Of a stretch of 64,000 bases of DNA, positions 25,801 through 36,731 are shown piece after piece. The notes beneath the pieces were generated by a model. It saw nothing but the letters and a program-made list of their open reading frames with translations. It was not told the DNA's origin and searched no databases. Source of the stretch: Candidatus Peregrinibacteria bacterium Gr01-1014_25 (lineage in GTDB: Bacteria; Patescibacteriota; Gracilibacteria; Peribacterales; Peribacteraceae); the NCBI GenBank assembly GCA_007376205.1, contig VMFU01000007.1:14118-78117 (forward strand), in the 5' to 3' direction. Each line of letters starts with the position of its first letter. Within the stretch, counting starts at the first letter, position 1. Made by a program: the position numbers and the translations under genes.

Positions 25801-26702
25801 TTACCCAGGGTCTGACGCGTGTCGAAGAACTCTTCGAAGCGCGCAACCCGCGTACCTGCGCCCAGCTCTCGGACGTCGCGGGCCGTGTGAAGGTGCACCA
25901 CCAGGGAGGCAAGACCACCGTCACGGTCGCCGAGGAGGAGCCGGGAGAGGACGCCTACACGGTCCCCGCCGGTTACGAGATCTGCACCAAGAAAGGTGAG
26001 GAAGTCGCCGAGCGCGCGGTCATCGCGCGGTCGCAGCACGACAAGTCCGTCATCCGCGCCGCGCTTGCGGGCAAGGTGACCGAGATCGGCGATGCGAAGA
26101 TCCGCATCCGGCACATGACGCCCCAGGAGCGCATCTACACGTTCGGGCCGCGCGAGTCGCTCGTCGTGAAGACCGGCGCGATGGTGGACGTGGGAGACCC
26201 GCTCAACTTAGGTCACTTCAACCTGCAGGACCTTCTGGAGAAGAAGGGGGTCTACGCCGTGCAGAATTACATCGTGCAGGAGGTGCAGCACATCTACGCC
26301 TCGCAGGGACAGACCATCAACGACAAGCACCTGGAGATCATCGTCCGCAAGATGTTCAGCAAGGTCCGCATCACCGATCCCGGCGACACGAACCTGCTGC
26401 CGGGCGAGACCGTCGATCGCAGCGAAGTGGATTACGAAGCCGAGCAGATGCGCAAGCGGACGAAGAGCAAGGGCAAGATGCCCGTCGTCGAACAGCTGCT
26501 CCTCGGCATCACGCGCGTCGCCCTGGCGACCGATTCCTGGCTGTCCGGCGCATCGTTCCAGGAGACCATCCGCGTCCTCGTGGATGCCGCGACCACGCGC
26601 CGCATCGACATGCTCAAGGGTCTCAAGGAGAACGTCATCATCGGGCGTCTCATCCCCACGGGCGAGGTCTATCGCCAGCGCTTTGTCGGCGAAGAAAAAT
26701 AG
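22812..26702 (+). CDS. rpoC: DNA-directed RNA polymerase subunit beta'
   Basis: The Zn-finger is [25 protein letters not shown]. The catalytic motif is [14 protein letters not shown]. Length is 1296 aa with conserved blocks throughout. Confidence 0.97.
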   Translation: [1296 protein letters not shown]

Positions 26703-26759
26703 CTTACGAAGCTTCAGAAGCTTGTGCAGCCATCCATCTTTCACTACCATCCCAGCCTC

Positions 26760-27179
26760 ATGCCAACGATCAACCAGCTCATCCGCCGCCGCCGCCGCCC
26801 CAACAGGGCCAAGTCCAAGGCGCCCGCGCTCCAGTACACCTGGAACGCCCTCAACATGCGTCCGGTGCCGCTGCCCAGCGGAGCGCCGTTCAAGCGCGGC
26901 GTGTGTCTCAAAGTGACCACGATGACGCCGAAGAAGCCGAACTCCGCTCTCCGCAAGATCGCCCGTGTGCGCCTGACGAATGGCCATGAGGTGAAGGCGT
27001 ACATCATGGGAGAGGGCCACAATCTGCAGGAACACTCCGTCGTCCTCGTCCGCGGCGGCCGCGTCAAAGACCTTCCGGGCGTGCGCTACCACATCGTCCG
27101 CGGCATCCTCGACACCGAGGGCGTCCGCAACCGCAAGCAGGGCCGCTCGCGCTACGGAGCCCGCAAGCCAAAGGAATGA
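26760..27179 (+). CDS. rpsL: 30S ribosomal protein S12
   Basis: Conserved blocks are [12 protein letters not shown].., [10 protein letters not shown] and [28 protein letters not shown]. Confidence 0.95.
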   Translation: MPTINQLIRRRRRPNRAKSKAPALQYTWNALNMRPVPLPSGAPFKRGVCLKVTTMTPKKPNSALRKIARVRLTNGHEVKAYIMGEGHNLQEHSVVLVRGGRVKDLPGVRYHIVRGILDTEGVRNRKQGRSRYGARKPKE

Positions 27180-27283
27180 TCCTCTCTCCACTGGCCTGCC
27201 CGGCGGTCAGCGGGCGGCGGCCAGCGAACAGCTTCTTCCTCCTCACACTGACCGCTGACCACTGATTGCCGTCCACTCATTGT

Positions 27284-27739
27284 ATGCCCAAGCCCGTCAA
27301 GACCTTCATCCCGGCCAACTCCTCGCCTCTCATTGAGAAGTTCATCAACTGCCTCATGATGCAGGGGAAGAAGTCCATCGCCCGACGCGTGTTCTGGGAT
27401 GCGATGGAGGTGATCAAAACCCGCACGAAGGACCCGCCGCTCGAGGTCTTCCAGAAGGCGATGCTCAACGCCACGCCGCTCGTCGAGGTCCGACCCAAGC
27501 GCGTCGCCGGAGCCGTCTACCAGGTGCCGGTCGAGGTCAACCCCAAGCGCCAGCAGGCGCTGTCCATCCGGTGGATCCTGGGGGCCGCGCGCGATCGCAA
27601 GGGCATCCCGATGTCCCAGAAGCTCGCCCTGGAACTGCTCGACGCGTCCGCGGAGCAGGGCGGTGCCGTAAAGAAGAAGCAGGATGTCCTGAAGATGGCC
27701 CAGGCGAACAAGGCCTTCGCACATTTTGCAAAGTCCTAG
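27284..27739 (+). CDS. rpsG: 30S ribosomal protein S7
   Basis: Conserved blocks are GKKSIARRVFWDAMEVI, PLVEVRPKRVAGAVYQVPVEV and ANKAFAHF. The first ATG in frame is at 27284. Confidence 0.93.
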   Translation: MPKPVKTFIPANSSPLIEKFINCLMMQGKKSIARRVFWDAMEVIKTRTKDPPLEVFQKAMLNATPLVEVRPKRVAGAVYQVPVEVNPKRQQALSIRWILGAARDRKGIPMSQKLALELLDASAEQGGAVKKKQDVLKMAQANKAFAHFAKS

Positions 27740-27927
27740 GCTCGCTCGCGCCTTGGGTTCGTGAGTCCCTCCCCGTCTCGGGCTATTCGAGGGACGCTGT
27801 CTGTGCTATACTCGTCGTCCGCTCTTTGGACATTGGATACGGGTTACACACGTGCGGAGGGTGTTGTGTGCCTGCGTTGCAGGCGCATCGTCCGTACGGT
27901 GTACCCCGATGGGGTTGGAGGTGAAAC

Positions 27928-28386
27928 GTGAAACGGTTGCTTCTTTTGGTTCTCATTGTGTGGATGCCCATGGTCAGCCAAACCATTGCCCAGGAGAAAA
28001 AGGAGACTCCCAAGAAGTCGCTGGTGATGAAACATCATGAACATGTGCTAGCGTCCTCCCTTAAGGGATGGACCAAGGAGTCAGATCAGACGAAGAACAT
28101 GCTCGATATGCTCAATGCATGCGAACGTCTGCTGTCTGGCGCAAAAGGCAATGAGGCTATACGGGCCCATGAAGCCGTTGATATGACCATTGGCTTGATC
28201 AGCAGAGTGCACAAGCTTGAGCAGATGGGAATGGATCTGCAGAAAACGAATCGTGAGCTTCTCGAGAAGATGCAAAACGTGGACAAGGCCCTTGGCAAGC
28301 CGGTGGCAGCGTTGCCGCCGGCAAAGAAGATGACCCCATGCGTCATCGCATGGGATGAAAAAGAGGGCAAGTGGACTGTCAAATGA
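27928..28386 (+). CDS. Hypothetical secreted protein (152 aa) inserted between rpsG and fusA
   Basis: A GTG start follows GGAGGTG. The signal peptide is MKRLLLLVLIVWMPMVSQTIAQE. I counted 50 G+C in the first 100 nt. A strong intrinsic terminator follows. Confidence 0.6.
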   Translation: MKRLLLLVLIVWMPMVSQTIAQEKKETPKKSLVMKHHEHVLASSLKGWTKESDQTKNMLDMLNACERLLSGAKGNEAIRAHEAVDMTIGLISRVHKLEQMGMDLQKTNRELLEKMQNVDKALGKPVAALPPAKKMTPCVIAWDEKEGKWTVK

Positions 28387-28404
28387 CGGAAACCCCGTCG
28401 GTTT

Positions 28405-28437
28405 CCCGGAGGCGGCATAGCTGCCTCCGGGTTTTTT
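28405..28437 (+). terminator. Intrinsic terminator after the inserted secreted-protein gene
   Basis: CCCGGAGGC-ggcatagct-GCCTCCGGG is followed by TTTTTT. Confidence 0.8.
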
Positions 28438-28473
28438 CGTTGCGATGGATGTTTCTCCTCCCTTGGCACGGGT

Positions 28474-28502
28474 TTGCATGTTGCCCAGGGCTTCCCTATA
28501 GT
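28474..28502 (+). promoter_or_regulatory. Candidate fusA promoter TTGCAT-17-TATAGT
   Basis: The hexamers are at 28474-28479 and 28497-28502. It lies downstream of the terminator at 28405-28437 and upstream of ATG 28583. Confidence 0.5.
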
Positions 28503-28536
28503 CCCTCTACGTTTTCTTCAAGGAAACCCCAGCGTA

Positions 28537-28560
28537 TTCGGTTTCCTCGGTTTCTTCGGT
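28537..28560 (-). repeat. The same motif in the fusA 5' leader, antisense to fusA
   Basis: The plus strand reads ttcggtttcctcggtttcttcggt, so the minus strand reads ACCGAAGAAACCGAGGAAACCGAA. Confidence 0.6.
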
Positions 28561-28582
28561 TAGCCCGAATTCCTCCTCTTCT

Positions 28583-30685
<2,103 letters not shown>

Positions 30686-30729
30686 TCGGTCCATGGCGAC
30701 TATTGCCTTTGTTTCTGCTGGCATAACCA

Positions 30730-30747
30730 CACTGTATTAATACATTG
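30730..30747. promoter_or_regulatory. Copy 1 of the AT-rich palindrome CACTGTATTAATACA(t)TG, 33 nt upstream of the TrpR-like gene
   Basis: cactgtattaatacattg has one mismatch to perfect dyad symmetry. It overlaps a TTGACA hexamer at 30744-30749. Confidence 0.6.
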
Positions 30748-30779
30748 ACACAGCTGGCGGCCGGGGAGAGTATCGGGGT

Positions 30780-31199
30780 ATGAAGCGCCGTTTCACCGAA
30801 GATAGCTGGCGGAAGGAACCGTGGTTCCGCGCGCTCGTTGCCGCACTTCGCACGGCGGCGCGCAGCGAGGAGGACATGGAGAATGTGCTACGCGATATCG
30901 GGACATTGAGTGAGCTGCATGCATGGAGCGAGCGGCTCGAGATCGCACGCCTGATTGCGAAGGGGTTGAGCTACCGACAGGTCGCCGACGCCGCGAAGGC
31001 GAGCACGACCACCGTTACGCGCGTTGCGAATGCCGTCGAGAATGGCACGGGCGGGTATCGCAAAGTCCTCCACGCCCACCGCCACCACCGCCTCCATCGA
31101 TCTTCGGAACTGTCGACGCATGTTCAACCGTTTTCGGCAGCGAAGACCATGCCATCTCCAACGACTGCTTTGCAGAAGTATCTGGGGAAGAAGGCATAG
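30780..31199 (+). CDS. TrpR-like (YerC/YecD family) DNA-binding protein
   Basis: LSELHAWSERLEIARLIAKGLSYRQVADAAKASTTTVTRVANAVENGTGGYRKVL matches the YerC/TrpR helix-turn-helix region (..TGAS.ATISRV.R.L..G..GY). Confidence 0.75.
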   Translation: MKRRFTEDSWRKEPWFRALVAALRTAARSEEDMENVLRDIGTLSELHAWSERLEIARLIAKGLSYRQVADAAKASTTTVTRVANAVENGTGGYRKVLHAHRHHRLHRSSELSTHVQPFSAAKTMPSPTTALQKYLGKKA

Positions 31200-31254
31200 G
31201 TATTGCGCATGTTTCGTAGGTACATGTTTTCTTCGAATGCCTGCACCAAAATTC

Positions 31255-31272
31255 TACTGTATTAATACAGTA
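31255..31272. promoter_or_regulatory. Copy 2 of the palindrome, TACTGTATTAATACAGTA (perfect 18-bp dyad), 44 nt upstream of ribD
   Basis: The 16-bp core ACTGTATTAATACAGT is identical to copy 3. Confidence 0.6.
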
Positions 31273-31315
31273 ATACACGCGCGAATGACGGCAGGCATAG
31301 GGTACCCTGTCCAAC

Positions 31316-32344
31316 ATGCACGATGTCTTCATACGCCGGTGCCTGGAGCTCGCCGAGCGGGGCAGAGGCTCTGTCGGGAATGGCGCGATGGTCGGGGCAG
31401 TTCTTGTGCGCAGCGGACGCATCGTTGCGGAGACGTGGCATGAGACGTTCGGCAAGCCGCATGCAGAGCGCATGCTGCTGGAAGACTATCGCGATGCAAT
31501 AGAGAAAGCCGACACGCTCTACATCAACCTTGAACCGTGCTGCCACCACGGCAAGACTCCTCCGTGCACGGACATCATTGTGGGACGAGGCATGCGGCGA
31601 GTGGTGTACGGCATGCGCGACCCGGATCATCGCGCGTCGGGAAAAGGCATGGCCGCGTTGCGTAGCGCCGGTATCGATATCATCGGTCCCGTCCTGCCCG
31701 ATCTCTGTCAGCGCTTCAATCGCGGATTCGTCAGTGCCCGCAGCATGGGGCGACCATGGATCACGCTGAAGCGAGCTGTTACGCGTGAAGGCAGTTTTTC
31801 GGCTTCCAATAGGGCTCCGTTGAAAATAACCACACATGATCAAGATGTGTGGTCGCACACATGGCTACGCTCTCGACACGATGCGATCCTCGCCGGCGTT
31901 GGGACCATTCTTGCCGACGACCCTCAATTGAATACAAGATTTGTGCAGAAAATTCATCAAGAATCAGGGCTAAACGATCATTCGACTCTTAAAAAATATG
32001 CACCGCTTCGCATCGTGCTGGATCCGAAGGGGCGTATTCCCATCGACGCCCGCGTCGTGAACGACGACAGCCGGAGTCGAACGATCGTCGTCATGGGACA
32101 GGGTTCGGTAGAGGCGCAGGACAAGGTTTCGACTTTGCGGAAGCAGGATGTCCGGGTGTTGGAGATTGCTCTGTCAGCCGACGGAAACTTCGTCTGGGCA
32201 GATCTGTGGACAGCGCTCCTCTTGCTCGATGGCGGGGCGAAGGGAATCACGAGCATCCTCGTGGAAGGAGGGGCAGAGACGTGGCGGCGCTTTCGGGAAT
32301 CGGGAAACGTCGACGAGGAAGTCACGCTCGTCGGCCAAGCCTAG
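31316..32344 (+). CDS. ribD: Bifunctional riboflavin biosynthesis deaminase/reductase
   Basis: The CMP/dCMP deaminase zinc motifs are HAERMLL and TLYINLEPCCHHGKTPPCTD. The C-terminal RibD reductase domain has ILVEGG. Confidence 0.9.
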   Translation: MHDVFIRRCLELAERGRGSVGNGAMVGAVLVRSGRIVAETWHETFGKPHAERMLLEDYRDAIEKADTLYINLEPCCHHGKTPPCTDIIVGRGMRRVVYGMRDPDHRASGKGMAALRSAGIDIIGPVLPDLCQRFNRGFVSARSMGRPWITLKRAVTREGSFSASNRAPLKITTHDQDVWSHTWLRSRHDAILAGVGTILADDPQLNTRFVQKIHQESGLNDHSTLKKYAPLRIVLDPKGRIPIDARVVNDDSRSRTIVVMGQGSVEAQDKVSTLRKQDVRVLEIALSADGNFVWADLWTALLLLDGGAKGITSILVEGGAETWRRFRESGNVDEEVTLVGQA

Positions 32345-33015
32345 AACTTTGCCAGGATGCGTTGGCCCGTTTTGTACCCGCGCATGAGCAGCCGATAGTA
32401 GAGCGGCAGGGTGCCGGTGCGCAGGAGGCGTGCCGTGAAGGATGCAAACCGCTCCCCGCATCTCTCGGCTTTGGCGAGGGCGTCGGGGCGCTTGTCGATG
32501 ACCAACCCGAATACCCCGCTGCCGGCCATGCACTTGCCCTCAAAGAACGTCCCCACGATCGTGCAGTGGTAGTAGCGCAGAGCCTCCTGCACGTGGCTGG
32601 TCGTGAAGCGCATCAGCCCCTTCCAGGCGGCCTTCGGCGCGCCTCCCGTGAAGAGGAAATACGCCGGCTTCCCGCGCATCAGGCCCTTCGTCCGGGTCTC
32701 GACATCGAGCGCGACGGCGCCCAGGCGGTCGATCGCGTTCTTGAGGTGCGCCGGCACCGAGAAGTTCCAGATCGGCGAGGCGATGACCACGCCGTCGGCG
32801 GCGAGGAACGCATCCTGCAGCGTGCAGAAGTCGTCGTCGCGGCGGCATTCCGGCTGATAGAACTCCAGCGTGAAGTGCCGGATGTTCATGTCTTTCAAAC
32901 GCATGACCTGCACGTCGGTGTCCGGTACCCGTCGCATGCCCCTGGCGAATGCCTCCGCGAGGAGGGCGCAGTTGCTCGGTTCGCTGGTTCCCGCGACGAT
33001 AACGAGAATCTTCAT
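32341..33015 (-). CDS. NAD(P)H-dependent FMN reductase (flavodoxin-like fold)
   Basis: Conserved blocks are MKILVIVAGTSEPSN and DGVVIASPIWNFSVPAHLKNAIDRL. The ATG is at 33015. It overlaps the ribD 3' end by 4 nt in convergent orientation. Confidence 0.75.
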   Translation of the reverse strand: MKILVIVAGTSEPSNCALLAEAFARGMRRVPDTDVQVMRLKDMNIRHFTLEFYQPECRRDDDFCTLQDAFLAADGVVIASPIWNFSVPAHLKNAIDRLGAVALDVETRTKGLMRGKPAYFLFTGGAPKAAWKGLMRFTTSHVQEALRYYHCTIVGTFFEGKCMAGSGVFGLVIDKRPDALAKAERCGERFASFTARLLRTGTLPLYYRLLMRGYKTGQRILAKF

Positions 33016-33266
33016 GCGCAAAGGATAGCAGGGAATCCTGGTTCCTCGGAGGCACCCTGTGAACACCCGCCGACACACCGAAAAAGTTTTCCCTTGCGGC
33101 CCAAATGAAACATGACTCCGTACTACTCATCCGACGACGGGACACATCGACTCTTCGTCGTCACGATAAGGAAAATTCATCGTCGCCCACCCGTGAAAAA
33201 CTGCGGGAAATTTTGATTGGTATTCTCCGACGATTCCTATACCTTGTGGTGTTGCACCATCAGGAG

Positions 33267-33282
33267 ACACAACATCGTGTGT
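33267..33282. promoter_or_regulatory. NrdR-box-like element ACACAACATCGTGTGT upstream of nrdJ
   Basis: It matches 13 of 16 positions of the published NrdR-box consensus acaCwAtATaTwGtgt, 28 nt before the nrdJ ATG. I found only one box. Confidence 0.3.
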
Positions 33283-33309
33283 TTCCGTTTCCCTGCTTCC
33301 CCAAGCCGT

Positions 33310-36300
33310 ATGAACCCCTCGTTGACCGCCGCGGAGGCCTCTGCGCGTCCCGTTTCCGTCCGCCGCCCTGGGAAGGGGCTCTCCATCCGCCGCGTTTTCA
33401 CGACGCCCGGGAACGATCCCTTGGAAGAAATCGTCTACGAGAAGCGCACGAGCCGGATCAAGAACCCCGACGGGTCGGTCGTCTTCGAGATGGAGGGGGC
33501 GGAAATCCCCGCGGACTGGTCGCAGGTGGCCACCGACATCGTCGTCAGCAAGTACTTCCGTAAGGCGGGGGTTCCGCAGCTCGACGCGCAGGGCAATCCG
33601 CAGCGCGATGCCGCGGGCAGCGTGGTCACCGGTCCAGAACGCAGCGTCAAGCAGGTCGTACGCCGTCTCGCCGGGTGCTGGCGGTGGTGGGGGGAGACGC
33701 ACGGGTACTTCGCCACGTCACAGGACGCGCAGGCGTTTGAGGACGAGCTCTCCCATATGCTCGTCCGCCAGATGGCGGCGCCGAACAGCCCGCAGTGGTT
33801 CAACACCGGCCTGCACTACGCTTATGGCATCACCGGCCCCTCCCAGGGGCACTACTACTGCGATCCGGCGACCGGCGAGGTGCGGCGCAGCACCGATTCG
33901 TACACGCATCCCCAGCCCCACGCGTGCTTCATTCAGTCCGTCGGCGACGACATGGTGAATGAGGGCGGCATCATGGACCTGTGGGTTCGTGAGGCGCGTC
34001 TCTTCAAGTACGGATCGGGGACCGGGACGAACTTCTCGAACCTGCGCGGAGCGGCGGAGCCGCTCTCCGGCGGCGGGAAGAGCTCTGGGCTCATGAGTTT
34101 CCTGAAGATCGGCGATCGCGCTGCCGGAGCCATCAAGTCGGGCGGGACGACCCGCAGGGCCGCGAAGATGGTCTGCCTGGACTTGGACCATCCCGACATC
34201 GAGGAATTCGTCGACTGGAAGGTCAACGAAGAGAAGAAGGTCGCGGCCATGGCGTCGGCGGGGTACGACACGGACTTCAACGGCGAGGCCTACCTGACCG
34301 TCTCGGGCCAGAACTCGAATAACTCGGTCCGCGTGCCGCATGCGTTCTTCGAGGCGATCGAGCGAGGCGGCGATTGGCCACTCTACTGGCGCACCGAGCT
34401 TCGCAAGGCGCAGAAGGAGGGGCGCGACCCCAAGCCCTCCAAGGTGCTCAAGGCTCGCGACCTGTGGGACCGCATCGGTTACGCGGCTTGGTCGTGTGCC
34501 GACCCCGGTGTCCAGTACGATACGACGATCAACGACTGGCACACGTGCCCGGCGGACGGCCGCATCAACGCGAGCAACCCCTGCAGCGAGTACATGTTCC
34601 TCGACAACACGGCTTGCAACCTCGCCTCGATCAACCTCCTTCGGTTCTTCGACCAGGAACACGGAACGTTCGCGTTGGAGCGTTATAAACATGCCATCCG
34701 CCTCTGGACCATCGTCCTGGAGATCTCCGTGCTCATGGCGCAGTTCCCGAGCAGGGAGATCGCCGAATTGAGCTACCGGTTCCGCACCCTGGGCCTCGGC
34801 TATGCCAACCTGGGCGCGCTGCTCATGCGCATGGGCATTCCGTACGACTCTCCCAAGGGCCGTGCGATCTGTGCGGCGCTGACGTCGATCCTCACGGGCG
34901 AGTCCTACGCGGCGTCGGCGGAGATGTCGCGGGAGTTGGGGGCGTTCCCGGGCTATACGCCCAATCGCGAGCACATGCTGCGCGTCATTCGGAATCACCG
35001 CCGCGCCGCCTACAATGCGCCGGCGAAGGAATACGAGGCGTTGAACGTCGTTCCGGTCGGCATTGATCAGGATCTGTGCCCCACGGACATGCTGCAGACG
35101 GCGAAAGAATGCTGGGACCGCGCGCTCGTCATGGGCGAGGAGCACGGCTATCGCAACGCCCAGTCTACGGTCATAGCCCCGACAGGGACGATCGGCCTGC
35201 TCATGGATTGCGACACGACCGGCATCGAGCCGGATTTCGCTCTCGTGAAGTTCAAGAAGCTTGCCGGCGGCGGATATATGAAGATCGCCAACCAGTCCGT
35301 CGAGCCCGCGCTCCACGCGCTCGGCTATGGCCAGGCGGAGGTCCGCGAGATCATGCGGTACGTCATGGGGACGATGAGTTTGGAAGGCGCGTCGCACGTG
35401 AACCGCCGTTCCCTGCGTGAGAAAGGGTTTACCGACGAGGACATCGCCAAAATCGAGCAGCAGCTGCCGCAGGTCTTCGACCTGTCCTTCGCCTTCAACC
35501 GCTGGGCGCTGGGCGACGCCACGCTCAAGCGCCTGGGCTTCACCGATGCCCAGATCAACGATCCGTCGTTCCACCTCCTCAAGGCGCTGGGCTTCACGGA
35601 TGACGAGATCGCCGAGGCGAACGTCGTCGTTTGCGGCCACATGACCGTTGAAGGCGCGCCGCATCTCAAGCCCGAGCATCTGCCCGTCTTCGACTGCGCC
35701 AACAAGTGCGGAGCCATCGGCAAGCGCTTCATCGACGTCGAGGGGCACATCCGCATGATGGCCGCCGCCCAACCGTTCATTTCGGGCGCGATCAGCAAGA
35801 CGATCAACCTGCCTCACGAGGCCACCGTCGAGGACATCAAGAAGTCGTATCTCCTGAGCTGGAAACTGGGCCTCAAGGCGAACGCTCTCTACCGCGACGG
35901 CTGCAAGATGAGCCAGGCGCTCAATACGAGGGCGGACACGAAGGAATCGAAGACGACGGAGGTGGTGAAGGAGATCGTCGAGAAGATCGTGTACAAGGAG
36001 ATGCCGCGCCGCCGCAAACTGCCGGACGAGCGCATGTCGGTAACGCACAAGTTCTCCATCGCCGGACACGAGGGGTACGTCATCGTCGGGCTCTACGAGG
36101 ACGGCTCTCCGGGCGAGATGTTCATCAAAATGAACAAGGAAGGATCGACGCTCTCGGGCATCATGAACAGCCTGACGTTGAGCCTGTCGATGAACCTGCA
36201 GTACGGCGTGCCGCTCGAGGTGCTCTGCGAAAAGCTCGTCCACACGCGCTTCGAGCCGTCGGGTTTCACGGCGAACGAGGAGATTCCGATGGCCAAGAGT

Positions 36301-36678
36301 TTCATGGATTACCTGGGCCGCTGGCTGGCGCTCAAATTCCTGACGAAGGAGAAGGCGAAGCAGTTCCACAATGCCGAGCTCGTCGAGAAGGCCTACGCTA
36401 CCGGGACGAAGAGCAAGGATGCCTTCGCGATGCGATTGCCGGTGCTCGACGAGGGCGCGCAGGTCCCGACGGACTTCCTGGTCCGTACCGAGGAGAAGAC
36501 GGCCCACGAAGTCGAGGAGGCGTCCTCCAAGGTGGCGACGGTGACCACCAAGCGCGAGCAGGCCAAGCTCCAGGGCTACACCGGGTCGATCTGCGGCGCC
36601 TGCGGCTCCGTGAAGGTGAAGCGCAACGGCAGCTGCGAGGTCTGCATCGATTGCGGCGCAACCTCCGGGTGCAGCTAG
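33310..36678 (+). CDS. nrdJ: Adenosylcobalamin-dependent (class II) ribonucleotide reductase
   Basis: Conserved blocks are VVSKYFRKAG, MAAPNSPQWFNTG, ACFIQSVGDDM, FKYGSGTG, NPCSEYMFLDNTACNLASINL and TIAPTGTIG. The C-terminal Cys ribbon is CGACGS..CEVCIDCG. The ATG is at 33310. Confidence 0.93.
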   Translation: MNPSLTAAEASARPVSVRRPGKGLSIRRVFTTPGNDPLEEIVYEKRTSRIKNPDGSVVFEMEGAEIPADWSQVATDIVVSKYFRKAGVPQLDAQGNPQRDAAGSVVTGPERSVKQVVRRLAGCWRWWGETHGYFATSQDAQAFEDELSHMLVRQMAAPNSPQWFNTGLHYAYGITGPSQGHYYCDPATGEVRRSTDSYTHPQPHACFIQSVGDDMVNEGGIMDLWVREARLFKYGSGTGTNFSNLRGAAEPLSGGGKSSGLMSFLKIGDRAAGAIKSGGTTRRAAKMVCLDLDHPDIEEFVDWKVNEEKKVAAMASAGYDTDFNGEAYLTVSGQNSNNSVRVPHAFFEAIERGGDWPLYWRTELRKAQKEGRDPKPSKVLKARDLWDRIGYAAWSCADPGVQYDTTINDWHTCPADGRINASNPCSEYMFLDNTACNLASINLLRFFDQEHGTFALERYKHAIRLWTIVLEISVLMAQFPSREIAELSYRFRTLGLGYANLGALLMRMGIPYDSPKGRAICAALTSILTGESYAASAEMSRELGAFPGYTPNREHMLRVIRNHRRAAYNAPAKEYEALNVVPVGIDQDLCPTDMLQTAKECWDRALVMGEEHGYRNAQSTVIAPTGTIGLLMDCDTTGIEPDFALVKFKKLAGGGYMKIANQSVEPALHALGYGQAEVREIMRYVMGTMSLEGASHVNRRSLREKGFTDEDIAKIEQQLPQVFDLSFAFNRWALGDATLKRLGFTDAQINDPSFHLLKALGFTDDEIAEANVVVCGHMTVEGAPHLKPEHLPVFDCANKCGAIGKRFIDVEGHIRMMAAAQPFISGAISKTINLPHEATVEDIKKSYLLSWKLGLKANALYRDGCKMSQALNTRADTKESKTTEVVKEIVEKIVYKEMPRRRKLPDERMSVTHKFSIAGHEGYVIVGLYEDGSPGEMFIKMNKEGSTLSGIMNSLTLSLSMNLQYGVPLEVLCEKLVHTRFEPSGFTANEEIPMAKSFMDYLGRWLALKFLTKEKAKQFHNAELVEKAYATGTKSKDAFAMRLPVLDEGAQVPTDFLVRTEEKTAHEVEEASSKVATVTTKREQAKLQGYTGSICGACGSVKVKRNGSCEVCIDCGATSGCS

Positions 36679-36731
36679 GCATCCCGGACGGACGGTGACC
36701 GTCTTTTGTTGCAACCCTTGGGAAGGTGTAA

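Noticed and set aside
22773-26114. A 1113-aa ORF antisense to rpoC. Similar long antisense ORFs lie at 33718-36714 (opposite nrdJ), 28496-30730 (opposite fusA), 4694-6346, 12652-14034, 14101-15192 and 44815-46167.
   Set aside because: They are Arg/Ala/Gly/Asp/His-rich with no motifs, and each lies opposite a CDS with clear homology or protein-like composition. This is the usual stop-codon-poor antisense frame of high-G+C DNA.
26700-26727. Three tandem 9-bp units AGCTTACGA-AGCTTCAGA-AGCTTGTGC (three AAGCTT-like sites) between rpoC and rpsL.
   Set aside because: They span only 27 bp with no second occurrence, and they overlap a possible rpsL -35 box (TTGTGC). I cannot distinguish this from chance or promoter context.
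33079-33309. A cobalamin riboswitch upstream of the B12-dependent reductase.
   Set aside because: I recognised no B12-box-like conserved core. B12 riboswitches typically repress B12-independent isozymes or transporters rather than nrdJ.
33310-36678. An intein in the long nrdJ (1122 aa), or in gyrB (57469-59517).
   Set aside because: Conserved reductase and gyrase blocks are contiguous. I saw no Cys/Ser-initiated insert ending in His-Asn and no homing-endonuclease motifs. The gyrB insert is just the short acidic repeat.
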